42,214 bases of DNA from a virus. The stretch spans positions 1 to 42,214 of the IMG/VR virus record IMGVR_UViG_3300002460_000067. One strand, given 5' to 3'. Shown here in pieces: positions 4,367 to 12,395 of the stretch. How positions within the stretch are numbered: position 1 is the stretch's first letter; every line of letters begins with the position of its first letter. The notes beneath the pieces were generated by a model. The model was not told the origin of the DNA, ran no database searches, and was given only the letters and a program-made list of their open reading frames with translations. A program made the translations under genes and the position numbers.

Positions 4367-6766
4367 CTATCTCTCAGTCTGTTTCATGTTGGGGCTGATG
4401 CCTACCCACACCCGCCCCTTGACGCCGCCGATACTGGTCTGCGCCCGCTCCAATCCGAACGTGCTCAATGCTTCGGCAATTTGTTTACCTGCCACCTTCA
4501 CATCGGGACTGAGCGCCACATTAAACGCGCGCAAGCGCGCGACGATCTCCGCTGTGAAGCATCGCAGATCCTCATTGCCGGGAATAATATCAAAGTACAT
4601 TTGCAGATACTGTTGCAAGGGATTCTCTATCTCGTGCCTTGCGTGCTCTCCCTTGAGCGCGTCCTTCTCTTCGGGTGACAGGTTGGGACTCACCCCACTG
4701 CGATACATGTGGACAATCTGCGCCCATAGTTGATCGACGGCTACCCTTTGTGCGTAACTGTGATCGATGGCGGTAATCTTCACCGGCAGAAAGCGTCGGT
4801 TGCCGGTCTGGTCGTCGAGGAATCCATACTCCGGGTTGACTGTACCCACCAGGTTACACAACGTTGGCTTGGTGATGTTCCCTTTACCCCACGGTTTGCG
4901 GTAGGTGTGCCACTCTTGCGTGATGAAACCCTTGAGCGCGTCTCTATCGGATCGACGTAGGCTGCTGCCTAATTCGCTAACTTCCCATATCCATTTCGTT
5001 ATCATGCTCCGCTTGTCCTCCACCTTATGCGGGTCAAGCGGACCCTCTTGGTGGTATTGGATTGACAAGCTACTGACTAGCCAGCGCGGGATGCTGCTCT
5101 TCCCTATCTCCTGGCCGCCCACGAACACGAGCACCGGCGTCTGATGCTTGAATGGATTCTCTTTGTCACCATCAAGCGCACGCGCTGCACACCCAATGAG
5201 CCATCGACTGATCAGCAGACGGTGCAATGAGTGCTGCGTACCATCGGCCATCGTAACCAATGGGCTATCACCGGTCAGATGATCCATGAAGGCGGTCAGG
5301 TGATCGCCCCCGTCCCACGTCAACCCGTTCAGATACTGTTGCACCGGGTGGTATGCGTTCGCCTTGGCGACCACATTAATTACATCATCGACATAGGATT
5401 TGCTGACGCCGCGGCTAATCATTTCCAGATATAGATCGCTGCGGTCCACATCATTGAGCGGTACGCCGTCCATCTCTGGTACATCCTCCAGTTGGTTCAG
5501 CCGGAAGGTATGCCCCAAGCTATTGAGCGCGGCCAACCATTCATCACGTTTAGTCAATACAGGTTTAGCGGATGGTTCCGGCGCCCAAGGTGGCATCATC
5601 GGCGCCGGCTTTACTGTCACGGTCGATGACATAGGTTTTCCCCTCGAGGGATTTTTCGGCTTGTCGATTGACGCCTTCGGCTGGCGGCGCTTGCTCTTCG
5701 GCTCATCTTCCCACAGCCCGACTGCTTTTTTCGCGTCCATATACGCCGCTTTCCAATCGCTGTTATGCACCAATATCTCAGCGCATTCATAGGCATCCCG
5801 CGCCTTGCCAAACAGCGCGTCACCCGTGTTGTGAGCAAAGGCAACCTCCGGTTTGTCGCCCTCGGGAGGTAGCACCGAGACGCTAGGCGTCTCCCCGCCT
5901 GGGCGCACCATCCGCACCAGGGATTTAGTTTTGTATTTAATTTTGTAGCCATGCTTCATCAACACATCGACAATACTATGTGCTGCGTTAAACAGACTGC
6001 GCACTTCACCGTTACCACCGCCGCCATTGCCGGGGGTCGGCGTGGGTTGATACTCGTGTTGTTCATCTGCTGCCATCGCTGCCCGGTAATCGTTGGCCAC
6101 CTCCGCGAGCATGTCATAGGAGTAGAGGCGATGAGGGTCGAACTCAATGGCGGTGACGAGGGGGTTGTTGCCCTTCCAACCGGGTTTGCAGTTGCGCGTA
6201 CCCAACACGCGATACACGCGGGTAATGTCAGACACCCCCTCGTCACCGCCATTGAGCTGCACCCAACTGTGCTGCACATCGATGACCTGTTGCCGGGTGC
6301 GGTCGTCAATGTATACCGTCTCGCGTAGATACCAATAGCAATGATAGCCGCCGCCGCTATCGACAATCAGCGTAGGCGCATAAGGCAGGTCACGGATATG
6401 CGCCATGGCCATGGCTTTATAGCTGGCCGGGTCCGCGTAAAAATTTTCACCGTTCTTACACCAATCTTTCCCGTCAAACTCGCAGTGCAGGACATTGATG
6501 CACTGGATGTATTCAATTTGTTTGGATATGTACCGTGGGTCGGTGTTCCCTGATTTGTTGTGTGGTGGTATCTGCGTGGAGGGATTGATTGATACATACT
6601 GTTCGGAGTTGATGTCGCGCGCCTGGCGGTAGGCGGTGATGCGCGCACTCTGATTGTTGTCAAACCAGGTGGACGTGGGTTGTGGCGTGGCGCACCAGAA
6701 ATGCGCGACGTTGCCGCCGCGGTGCAGGAACTCCAGCCAGGCTCCCGCCGATAGGAGTTGCGTCAT
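4367..6766 (-). CDS. bifunctional primase-polymerase / VirE(D5)-type helicase
   Basis: The N-terminal 'IVDSGGGYHCYWYL' is prim-pol-like. The C-terminal Walker A 'VGGQEIGKSS' and 'DDQTGNRRFLPV' are typical of VirE/D5-like P-loop domains. Confidence 0.85.
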   Translation of the reverse strand: MTQLLSAGAWLEFLHRGGNVAHFWCATPQPTSTWFDNNQSARITAYRQARDINSEQYVSINPSTQIPPHNKSGNTDPRYISKQIEYIQCINVLHCEFDGKDWCKNGENFYADPASYKAMAMAHIRDLPYAPTLIVDSGGGYHCYWYLRETVYIDDRTRQQVIDVQHSWVQLNGGDEGVSDITRVYRVLGTRNCKPGWKGNNPLVTAIEFDPHRLYSYDMLAEVANDYRAAMAADEQHEYQPTPTPGNGGGGNGEVRSLFNAAHSIVDVLMKHGYKIKYKTKSLVRMVRPGGETPSVSVLPPEGDKPEVAFAHNTGDALFGKARDAYECAEILVHNSDWKAAYMDAKKAVGLWEDEPKSKRRQPKASIDKPKNPSRGKPMSSTVTVKPAPMMPPWAPEPSAKPVLTKRDEWLAALNSLGHTFRLNQLEDVPEMDGVPLNDVDRSDLYLEMISRGVSKSYVDDVINVVAKANAYHPVQQYLNGLTWDGGDHLTAFMDHLTGDSPLVTMADGTQHSLHRLLISRWLIGCAARALDGDKENPFKHQTPVLVFVGGQEIGKSSIPRWLVSSLSIQYHQEGPLDPHKVEDKRSMITKWIWEVSELGSSLRRSDRDALKGFITQEWHTYRKPWGKGNITKPTLCNLVGTVNPEYGFLDDQTGNRRFLPVKITAIDHSYAQRVAVDQLWAQIVHMYRSGVSPNLSPEEKDALKGEHARHEIENPLQQYLQMYFDIIPGNEDLRCFTAEIVARLRAFNVALSPDVKVAGKQIAEALSTFGLERAQTSIGGVKGRVWVGISPNMKQTER

Positions 6767-7500
6767 GCTAACACCTCACTTATCGGAATGTCGCACAACA
6801 ACCCACATTGAATAGCAATCTCCTCATCCGCGCGGCCTGCGTCTGGGTCTAGCTCGTCAAGAAAAACTGGCCGCTTGTTCTGCCTAACCAGGGCGAAATT
6901 GCACTTTCGCTCTTGCTCGGCGCGCTTGGCAAAAACGTCTGGAAACTCACGGCGTACTCTATTCCAGTAGGTTGCACTCTCGGCCTTGACACAGCCGATA
7001 CAGTTATTGTTGTTAAAACCTAGCTGATACATCTTTGGTATCTCTATGCCTGCGTGCATGATGATTGTCATACAGTCAGCGTGAGTTAGGTCCTGGTCAA
7101 TCAGTGGATACTCTAGGTCTATCCACTGATTGGCCTGCGTAAACCTGGCCGCACGGTTTTTTTCGTCCCTATGATATCCGAATATCTGTAGGTCCTCGGG
7201 CAACTGAAAGGCATAGCGAACCTTCTTTTTTAGTTCTGCCGTACACCTGGCTCCGCGCGGGCCGCGCATAAACCACGAGCGCTCGATTACCGCGTCAACA
7301 TCCTTGTACTTATCACTGCGCAGGATGGTAATGCCTTTCCCAATCCACTGCTCGCTGTCACGCAGAAAACGTTTGTTGTCCACGTGCTCGCTGCCAGTGT
7401 CGATATAGGCAGCGACAACGGCATCCCCGTACTTTTGCACGGCAAGTTTTGTCGCGACCGCGCTTGTCACCCCGCAAGAAAACCAAGAAATTACTCTCAT
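6763..7500 (-). CDS. PAPS-reductase-like PP-loop (adenine nucleotide alpha-hydrolase) protein
   Basis: 'ISWFSCGVTSAVA...AAYIDTGSEHVDNKRF...GARCTAELKKK' matches the phage PAPS-reductase-like pattern as I recall it. ATG at 7500 follows AAGGAG and overlaps the upstream stop (ATGA). Confidence 0.7.
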   Translation of the reverse strand: MRVISWFSCGVTSAVATKLAVQKYGDAVVAAYIDTGSEHVDNKRFLRDSEQWIGKGITILRSDKYKDVDAVIERSWFMRGPRGARCTAELKKKVRYAFQLPEDLQIFGYHRDEKNRAARFTQANQWIDLEYPLIDQDLTHADCMTIIMHAGIEIPKMYQLGFNNNNCIGCVKAESATYWNRVRREFPDVFAKRAEQERKCNFALVRQNKRPVFLDELDPDAGRADEEIAIQCGLLCDIPISEVLA

Positions 7501-7865
7501 GCCCACCACTCCTTATAGTTTAGCGTTAGAGCGGTCTTATTGGGTAGCTCTGTCTTTTGGTAGATGTTGGTGAGATGCGTCCGCACCGTGCGTTCACTGA
7601 TGCCCAGCGCCGCGGCGATATCGTCGCCGCGGATGACGCCATTGATGAGGCAGCGTATGATCATGCGCTCCCGGTCCGTCAGTCCGAAGTCGGGTTCAAT
7701 CGCGCTGTGCTGCATATGCAGCCGTGCGATCTGCCGGTCGATATCGGCAACGTGCGCCGCTACCTGCTGCCGGTAGGCGGTGAGGGCTGCGGCCTGCTCG
7801 GCGCGCAGGTCCGCTATCTGCTGATTTAATTTTTCGAGTTGGAGAGTAGCCATAGAGAAGCCCAT
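7497..7865 (-). CDS. LuxR/GerE-type HTH transcriptional regulator
   Basis: The C-terminal 'LTDRERMIIRCLINGVIRGDDIAAALGISERTVRTHLTNIYQK' follows an N-terminal coiled-coil-like segment. The start is ATG 7865 or 7853. Confidence 0.85.
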   Translation of the reverse strand: MGFSMATLQLEKLNQQIADLRAEQAAALTAYRQQVAAHVADIDRQIARLHMQHSAIEPDFGLTDRERMIIRCLINGVIRGDDIAAALGISERTVRTHLTNIYQKTELPNKTALTLNYKEWWA

Positions 7866-7869
7866 TTCG

Positions 7870-7896
7870 CAAAATAAAACCCGCTACATGAGCGGG
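7870..7896 (-). terminator. Intrinsic terminator (minus strand)
   Basis: CCCGCT (7880-7885) pairs with AGCGGG (7891-7896). On the minus strand it is followed by TTTTATTTT (7871-7879). Confidence 0.65.
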
Positions 7897-7912
7897 CTGT
7901 CAGGAAACAGAC

Positions 7913-7941
7913 TTGCATCTATCATATATTTGTCGTATGAT
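7913..7941 (+). promoter_or_regulatory. sigma70-type promoter in an intergenic region
   Basis: TTGCAT (7913-7918), a 17-nt spacer, then TATGAT (7936-7941). An inverted repeat TATCATA/TATGATA spans the spacer and the -10. Confidence 0.6.
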
Positions 7942-7947
7942 AAATAC

Positions 7948-8011
7948 GTAGCCGCCCGCTACGGTGCTCACTCCTACCCGGCCAAGAGTTGGGGAGTGAG
8001 CATTCTTTTTT
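7948..8011 (+). ncRNA. Candidate ~64-nt small RNA
   Basis: It lies between the 7913 promoter and a plus-strand intrinsic terminator. The terminator has a 9-bp stem (GCTCACTCC 7966-7974 / GGAGTGAGC 7993-8001) followed by ATTCTTTTTT. A 5' hairpin GTAGC/GCTAC lies at 7948-7962. There is no plausible ORF. Confidence 0.5.
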
Positions 8012-8135
8012 GGTATAACCTTACGATTCAATGGGATAGTAAGGGACACTGTAAAAAAATGGGGCGTCGATGTAAGTCATTCAGCGGACTATCATCATAA
8101 TATTAATCGTCCCCATTCGCAAAATCCTTCGCGCT

Positions 8136-8342
8136 CTACGTAAATGTAGCGATATCCGCTGCCGCCGCGTCAATGGCGCCGGCGATCTTCATGATACTTC
8201 CAATCCGCACAGGCAAGCCACGCATGGCCCTGCTCACCGTATGATTGCTCATGCCGAGACCGTGAGCAATCTCATTGATCGTGAGCCACCGCTTCTCCTT
8301 CATCAACCGCTCGCGTACTGCGGTTGGTTGTTTAATTCTCAT
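8136..8342 (-). CDS. Cro/Xre-like HTH regulator (68 aa)
   Basis: 'WLTINEIAHGLGMSNHTVSRAMRG' is a helix-turn-helix. It is the internal Met (ATG 8342) of track ORF 8136..8486, whose upstream part covers the promoters. Confidence 0.7.
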   Translation of the reverse strand: MRIKQPTAVRERLMKEKRWLTINEIAHGLGMSNHTVSRAMRGLPVRIGSIMKIAGAIDAAAADIATFT

Positions 8343-8390
8343 ATTCAATTTTCCCTCTCCTCTTTTTACGCACGAATGACGCATAGAATA

Positions 8391-8419
8391 ATCATAGCAT
8401 ACAAGCACATGCTCGTCAA
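8391..8419 (-). promoter_or_regulatory. sigma70-type promoter for the Cro-like gene
   Basis: Minus strand: TTGACG (8419-8414), a 17-nt spacer, then TATGAT (8396-8391). It overlaps the 8-bp inverted repeat ACAAGCAC (8401-8408) / GTGCTTGT (8420-8427). Confidence 0.65.
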
Positions 8420-8479
8420 GTGCTTGTATAATAAATACCGAACAGCATTCGGGAAACAAAATATCTACATGCGAACTGC

Positions 8480-8508
8480 TTGACAATGTGCGTAACTTGT
8501 GCTATGCT
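8480..8508 (+). promoter_or_regulatory. sigma70-type promoter for the 8620-13496 operon
   Basis: TTGACA (8480-8485), a 17-nt spacer, then TATGCT (8503-8508). Confidence 0.65.
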
Positions 8509-8566
8509 GGGTGTACAGAAGACGACATCGCACCCACCACCCAGCCGCCGCGCATACGCCGGTGTC

Positions 8567-8603
8567 ATGCTCTACCGGGTAGCTGGAACCAACGGTAGAG
8601 CAT
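8567..8603 (+). other. 11-bp-stem hairpin in the 5' leader
   Basis: atgctctaccg (8567-8577) pairs with cggtagagcat (8593-8603). There is no U-tract. It ends 8 nt before the SD AAAGGAA of the 8620 gene. Confidence 0.6.
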
Positions 8604-8619
8604 TCAAGAAAGGAACGCG

Positions 8620-8904
8620 ATGAGCAATCTATTTTATGTGGCCGTGGATGGGCCGGTGTTCGTTTGGAAGCGCCAAACTCCTGGCCTTACTACCGTTGGT
8701 CGTGAGCGATTCCTAACGTTGCCCTTGGCCGCGGCTGCCTGTGAGGTGGTGGCCCGCTGTTACTGCGGGCTGTATCGCTGTTCGCAGTGTGGCACAATCT
8801 ACGACCCGACGTTTGGCCGAGCGTGTCCCCAGTGCGGCGCGGGTGGGGGGAACTATTGTGACGCGCTGCCTGAGTACCAGAGGGAGGATTACATTGGTAC
8901 GTGA
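8620..8904 (+). CDS. zinc-ribbon protein (hypothetical)
   Basis: CSQCG...CPQCG forms a CxxC pair. AAAGGAA lies upstream of the ATG. Confidence 0.65.
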   Translation: MSNLFYVAVDGPVFVWKRQTPGLTTVGRERFLTLPLAAAACEVVARCYCGLYRCSQCGTIYDPTFGRACPQCGAGGGNYCDALPEYQREDYIGT

Positions 8905-9082
8905 AATTATTTGCGCTGCCTGCGGGTTGCCTATCGAAGGCGCCGATTTCGACGACCGGCATTGGGCACATGATCCGGACTGCCCACGGTGCGCTGATCC
9001 CGATGCCGAGGAGAGTTGCGATTGCGACGTGGAGTATCACGCCGCGTGTTGCCCCGAATGCGATGGAGGAGAACGTTGGTGA
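8894..9082 (+). CDS. Cys-rich acidic small protein (62 aa, TTG start)
   Basis: In the frame of track ORF 8741..9082. GGGAGGA lies 5 nt upstream of TTG 8894. It contains 'CAACG..CPRC..CDCD..CCPEC'. The alternative frame (8901..9086) looks non-protein-like. Confidence 0.55.
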   Translation: MVREIICAACGLPIEGADFDDRHWAHDPDCPRCADPDAEESCDCDVEYHAACCPECDGGERW

Positions 9083-10062
9083 GTGAGATAATTCAGAGTA
9101 AAGCGATTGCGGGTAAGGTAGCCCGCGTGATGACTACCGTTCGTAAGCTGCGCAAAGATGGCAGCAACGAGTATGATCACTACAAATACATCAGTGCCGA
9201 CAGCGCGTTCGAGATTGTCGGCGGCGCAATGGCCGAGGTCGGCCTGGTCGCTCTGCCAAGCATCGTCGAACTCACCACCGAGGCGATGAGTAGCGCCACA
9301 GGCAAGAGCCAGTTTCGCACCGTGGTGCATGGCCTCATTACGCTGGCCGACGCCGACACGGGCGACACCTGGTCAGGGGACTGGTACGGCGAGGGAGTAG
9401 ACCGCGCGGACAAATCCATAAATAAGGCCATGACGGCCATGATGAAATACTATCTGCTGCGGCTATTCCAAATCGGCAGCGGTGAAGATGCCGACGCAGA
9501 TAGCCCAGAGATTGAAGAGCGTCAGACCCAGTCCGCCAAGTTCCAGGCGCAGCATCGGCAGCCAAGCCCCCGGGCTGTCACACCCCCACAGCCCACAGCC
9601 AAGCCCGTCTCCGACGATGTTGATTTCGGGATGGGCGGTGAAGAGTGGGACAACCTGCCCAACCGTGCAGCAAGCGACGACGCTTTCTGCGACCGCGCCG
9701 CCGCCCTCATGCACAGCGAGACGCAGATCTCCGACCTCGCCGTGAAACTCATCACGAAAGTTACGCAGCTTGACCAGGGATCCGGCGATAAGACCCTGTC
9801 CATTGTCAAAAAGGATGGGACGGGCAGCGGCCAGTACGGCCTGCTCACCGGAAAGATTGACGCCCTGGTCGGCAAAAATAATCATCGATTTGTTCTGTCC
9901 GCCCTGTGTGGCCGTGTCATCCGCCAGGAGAATCCGCCAGGCTGGAAGACAAAGGACCTGATTGACTGGCTGAACGGCGAGGAGAAGGCCAAGAGCGCCA
10001 CAGAGCAGGCGATCAGGGATGTGTGGTCTGCGGTGCAACAGGTTGAGCAGGCGCCCGCGTGA
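9079..10062 (+). CDS. erf: ERF-family single-strand annealing protein
   Basis: 'YKYISADSAFEIVGGAMAEVGLV...' and 'DKSINKAMTAMMKYYLLRLFQI' match the ERF pattern as I recall it. GTG 9079 lies 7 nt after GGAGGAG and overlaps the upstream stop. Confidence 0.7.
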   Translation: MSEIIQSKAIAGKVARVMTTVRKLRKDGSNEYDHYKYISADSAFEIVGGAMAEVGLVALPSIVELTTEAMSSATGKSQFRTVVHGLITLADADTGDTWSGDWYGEGVDRADKSINKAMTAMMKYYLLRLFQIGSGEDADADSPEIEERQTQSAKFQAQHRQPSPRAVTPPQPTAKPVSDDVDFGMGGEEWDNLPNRAASDDAFCDRAAALMHSETQISDLAVKLITKVTQLDQGSGDKTLSIVKKDGTGSGQYGLLTGKIDALVGKNNHRFVLSALCGRVIRQENPPGWKTKDLIDWLNGEEKAKSATEQAIRDVWSAVQQVEQAPA

Positions 10063-10346
10063 GACGCGCGGCCAAAGTGGACGCCAACCAAGACCCCATC
10101 GTCAAGGCGCTGAAGGGAATCTTTGGCGACTGCGTGCTTGACCTGAGTAGGGTGGGGGGTGGCTGTCCTGACATTATGGTATCCGTGCGCGGAGTCAATT
10201 TGCTGTTGGAAATCAAAACCGACAGCGGCAGGCTCACCCCCGCGCAAATCAGGTTCCATCGAAACTGGTCACGCACCGGGCAAGTGGCGGTCGTGCGCTC
10301 GCTTGAGGATGCGTTGGCCATCATAGAAAAGGAGACATGCAGATGA
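10059..10346 (+). CDS. VRR-NUC / PD-(D/E)xK nuclease (resolvase-like)
   Basis: 'DANQDPIVKAL...GCPDIMVS...LLLEIKTDSGRLTPAQIRF' is the VRR-NUC motif arrangement. The GTGA start overlaps the ERF stop. Confidence 0.7.
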   Translation: MRRAAKVDANQDPIVKALKGIFGDCVLDLSRVGGGCPDIMVSVRGVNLLLEIKTDSGRLTPAQIRFHRNWSRTGQVAVVRSLEDALAIIEKETCR

Positions 10347-10585
10347 CGGACACTCAACTGCGTACGTTCTACGAAACGGTGAATAGGATGATCCAGGCCG
10401 AGAAGACCATGCGCAGCATTGTTTTCCCGGTGGGAAACAGCAAGCGTGTTAAGAAACTTGCCGAATGCGATCAGGCGGCTGAGGCCTTAAGTAGAATGGC
10501 CGTCGAGTTACAGAAACACGTAAGCCCCACAGGTATCCAGGAGGTTTTGGTCGACGCGGATGAACCACGCCGCGGGGGGTACTGA
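10343..10585 (+). CDS. hypothetical protein
   Basis: ATG 10343 lies 8 nt after GGAG and forms an ATGA overlap with the upstream stop. The track ORF starts two codons earlier, at 10337. Confidence 0.6.
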   Translation: MTDTQLRTFYETVNRMIQAEKTMRSIVFPVGNSKRVKKLAECDQAAEALSRMAVELQKHVSPTGIQEVLVDADEPRRGGY

Positions 10586-10773
10586 TGGCAACCAAGCGCC
10601 CACCTTCGCGTAAGCCGCCTGTCTGCGTCGCGGACGCGACAGGCAGGTTGCGGGGGGGTGCGGGCGGTAGGGCAATCGCCCGCCTTACCGAGACTGATCG
10701 CAAGCGCGTGCTGGAACTCGTGCAAAATTTTATGGTGTATGTAAAATGGAAGAAAGGAAAAGCTGATGATTAA
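10585..10773 (+). CDS. hypothetical basic protein
   Basis: Track ORF with a TGATG overlap with the upstream gene. Confidence 0.5.
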   Translation: MATKRPPSRKPPVCVADATGRLRGGAGGRAIARLTETDRKRVLELVQNFMVYVKWKKGKADD

Positions 10774-10908
10774 GTTGATGAAAATGACTACGAGTTTTAT
10801 TTCGTGCGCTACAATGGCATGTTTCGCAATTCGGTTCGCACTGGATACGGTGGCGTCGTTGGATCTGCCGGTGATTTGGCCGCAGTGGCTGAAGAAGGTG
10901 GTGATATC

Positions 10909-11463
10909 GTGACGAAAACTGAAATTGCGGAAATTCTGCGCAGCCATGACGAATGGCTGGGCGGCGCAGACGCCGGGCGGCGCGCCGACCTGAGCAGCGC
11001 CGACCTGCGCGGCGCCAACCTGCGCGGCGCCAACCTGCCATTCGCCGACCTGCACAACGCCGACCTGCGCGGCGCCAACCTGCGCAGCGCCGACCTGAGC
11101 AGCGCCGACCTGCACAACGCCGACCTGCACAACGCCGACCTGCGCGGCGCCAACCTGCGCGACGCCGACCTGCGCGGCGCCAACCTGCGCGGCGCCAACC
11201 TGATTCTGGCGGGGCAGGATATTCGCGGTTTTTCGTTTTATGCATACGCCGATGACAATCATGTTGTCGTCATCCGCGCCGGCTGCCGGCAATTCCGCGG
11301 AATTGCCGCGGCTATGGCGTACTGGGAAGCGCGCCATACTGATGATGCAATCCTCATGGAGGATTGTCTGTCGCTCGTTAATCGCATAGCGCGGATGGCC
11401 GCCATCCGCGGCTGGAAACTCGAACCAGTTGGCGGACTGGACAAAACCGCCAAATCCATGTGA
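10909..11463 (+). CDS. pentapeptide-repeat protein
   Basis: About 18 consecutive A(D/N)LxG/S pentapeptides ([25 protein letters not shown] ...). GTG 10909 follows GAAGGTGGTGA and gives the N-terminus [19 protein letters not shown]. The track ORF starts at 10804. Confidence 0.85.
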   Translation: MTKTEIAEILRSHDEWLGGADAGRRADLSSADLRGANLRGANLPFADLHNADLRGANLRSADLSSADLHNADLHNADLRGANLRDADLRGANLRGANLILAGQDIRGFSFYAYADDNHVVVIRAGCRQFRGIAAAMAYWEARHTDDAILMEDCLSLVNRIARMAAIRGWKLEPVGGLDKTAKSM

Positions 11464-11481
11464 AATGGGTTAGGAGTAGCC

Positions 11482-11865
11482 ATGTCGAAGAATTTCGGAC
11501 ACAATGACCTGCCTGCGCCGAGCGCAGCGCGGCAGGCAGGCGAGGATGAAGCGCCGGCGCCAGACGCGACACCGGCCACCGACGATGTGCGCGGCAAGGC
11601 GGTAGTCCTTGCGATACTCGGCGTGCCGTTGCTCTTCGTGACGCCGGTGAGCGTCTTCGGCGCGCTATTCATTTTCGTGGCGTTGCTGATGTTGCTCTTC
11701 TCGCCGGTACTCGGTGCTGCGGAGCGAAACGGCAACGAGCAGGCGCGGACGGGCAGCGCCACGCGCGCTGGGTGCGGGCTGTTGCTCGGTATCCTGGTGG
11801 CGACGACAGTCTTCGGACTGATCGCCGTATTGGGCGCGGGTGCGCTGACACTGGGGGGACTATGA
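11482..11865 (+). CDS. membrane protein (about 3 TM segments)
   Basis: Hydrophobic segments VVLAILGVPLLFV, FGALFIFVALLMLLF and LLLGILVATTVFGLIAVLGAG. TAGGAG lies upstream. Confidence 0.7.
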   Translation: MSKNFGHNDLPAPSAARQAGEDEAPAPDATPATDDVRGKAVVLAILGVPLLFVTPVSVFGALFIFVALLMLLFSPVLGAAERNGNEQARTGSATRAGCGLLLGILVATTVFGLIAVLGAGALTLGGL

Positions 11866-12395
11866 ATCCAGTGCGGAAGCGTTACTTTGACGACGGGCGC
11901 GAACCCGAAACCGTGTACGATAGTCACGCAAACTTTGTGCCTGCCCTACCGCCCCAGGCCAGCCCTCTCGCGGGCGCGTTAGGCCAACTCATGCAGACTG
12001 CGCCGTCCACAGCCGAACGTGACGCGCTGGCCATCCAACACATGCAGGCGATGAGTGAGAAGAGTACGCCGGTTGATCGCAATGTGGCGCGGCTCATCCA
12101 TTACGCGGGCTGGGCGATGATTGCCGGCGCGGTGGCCATCGCTCTCTATGCTGCGGGTGTAAAGTCCCCTGTCGCCTGGTGCATATTTGTGGTAGTGCTC
12201 GTGGTTGGCGTGGTCAAAGCCAACCACGATGAGAACACCCACTCCCCGGCAGGCGTGGAGCGCCACAAAACAGACGGGTATGTGACGGTGAGACTCGCGG
12301 AGATTGACGCGGGCGACCGCGCCAACGAACGCAACCACGAGACGTTTGAGAAGGTGCTAGATAAGGTGTATCATGCTCCGAATCGAGACCTATAA
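11862..12395 (+). CDS. membrane protein (about 2 TM segments)
   Basis: ATG 11862 forms an ATGA overlap with the upstream stop. It is the internal Met of track ORF 11772..12395. Confidence 0.65.
   Translation: MNPVRKRYFDDGREPETVYDSHANFVPALPPQASPLAGALGQLMQTAPSTAERDALAIQHMQAMSEKSTPVDRNVARLIHYAGWAMIAGAVAIALYAAGVKSPVAWCIFVVVLVVGVVKANHDENTHSPAGVERHKTDGYVTVRLAEIDAGDRANERNHETFEKVLDKVYHAPNRDL

Noticed and set aside
7888-8100. Track ORF 7888..8100 (70 aa) in the LuxR/Cro intergenic gap.
   Set aside because: It begins upstream of a sigma70-type promoter, reads through an intrinsic terminator and has no SD. The region is better explained as a small-RNA unit.
8054-8116. Possible minus-strand terminator for the Cro-like gene: ATGGGGCG ... 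CGTCCCCAT followed by a T7 run.
   Set aside because: The arms are imperfect and separated by a ~41-nt loop, which is too weak to call. The canonical terminator at 7870-7896 is a better candidate.
10471-11337. Long antisense or alternative-frame ORFs over the pentapeptide-repeat gene (10471..11337, 10730..11245, 10809..11198 and 10953..11255).
   Set aside because: All are low-complexity read-throughs of the 15-nt DNA repeat (AQVG.., RRAG.., RRPA..). Only the plus-strand A(D/N)LxG/S frame gives a recognisable protein family.
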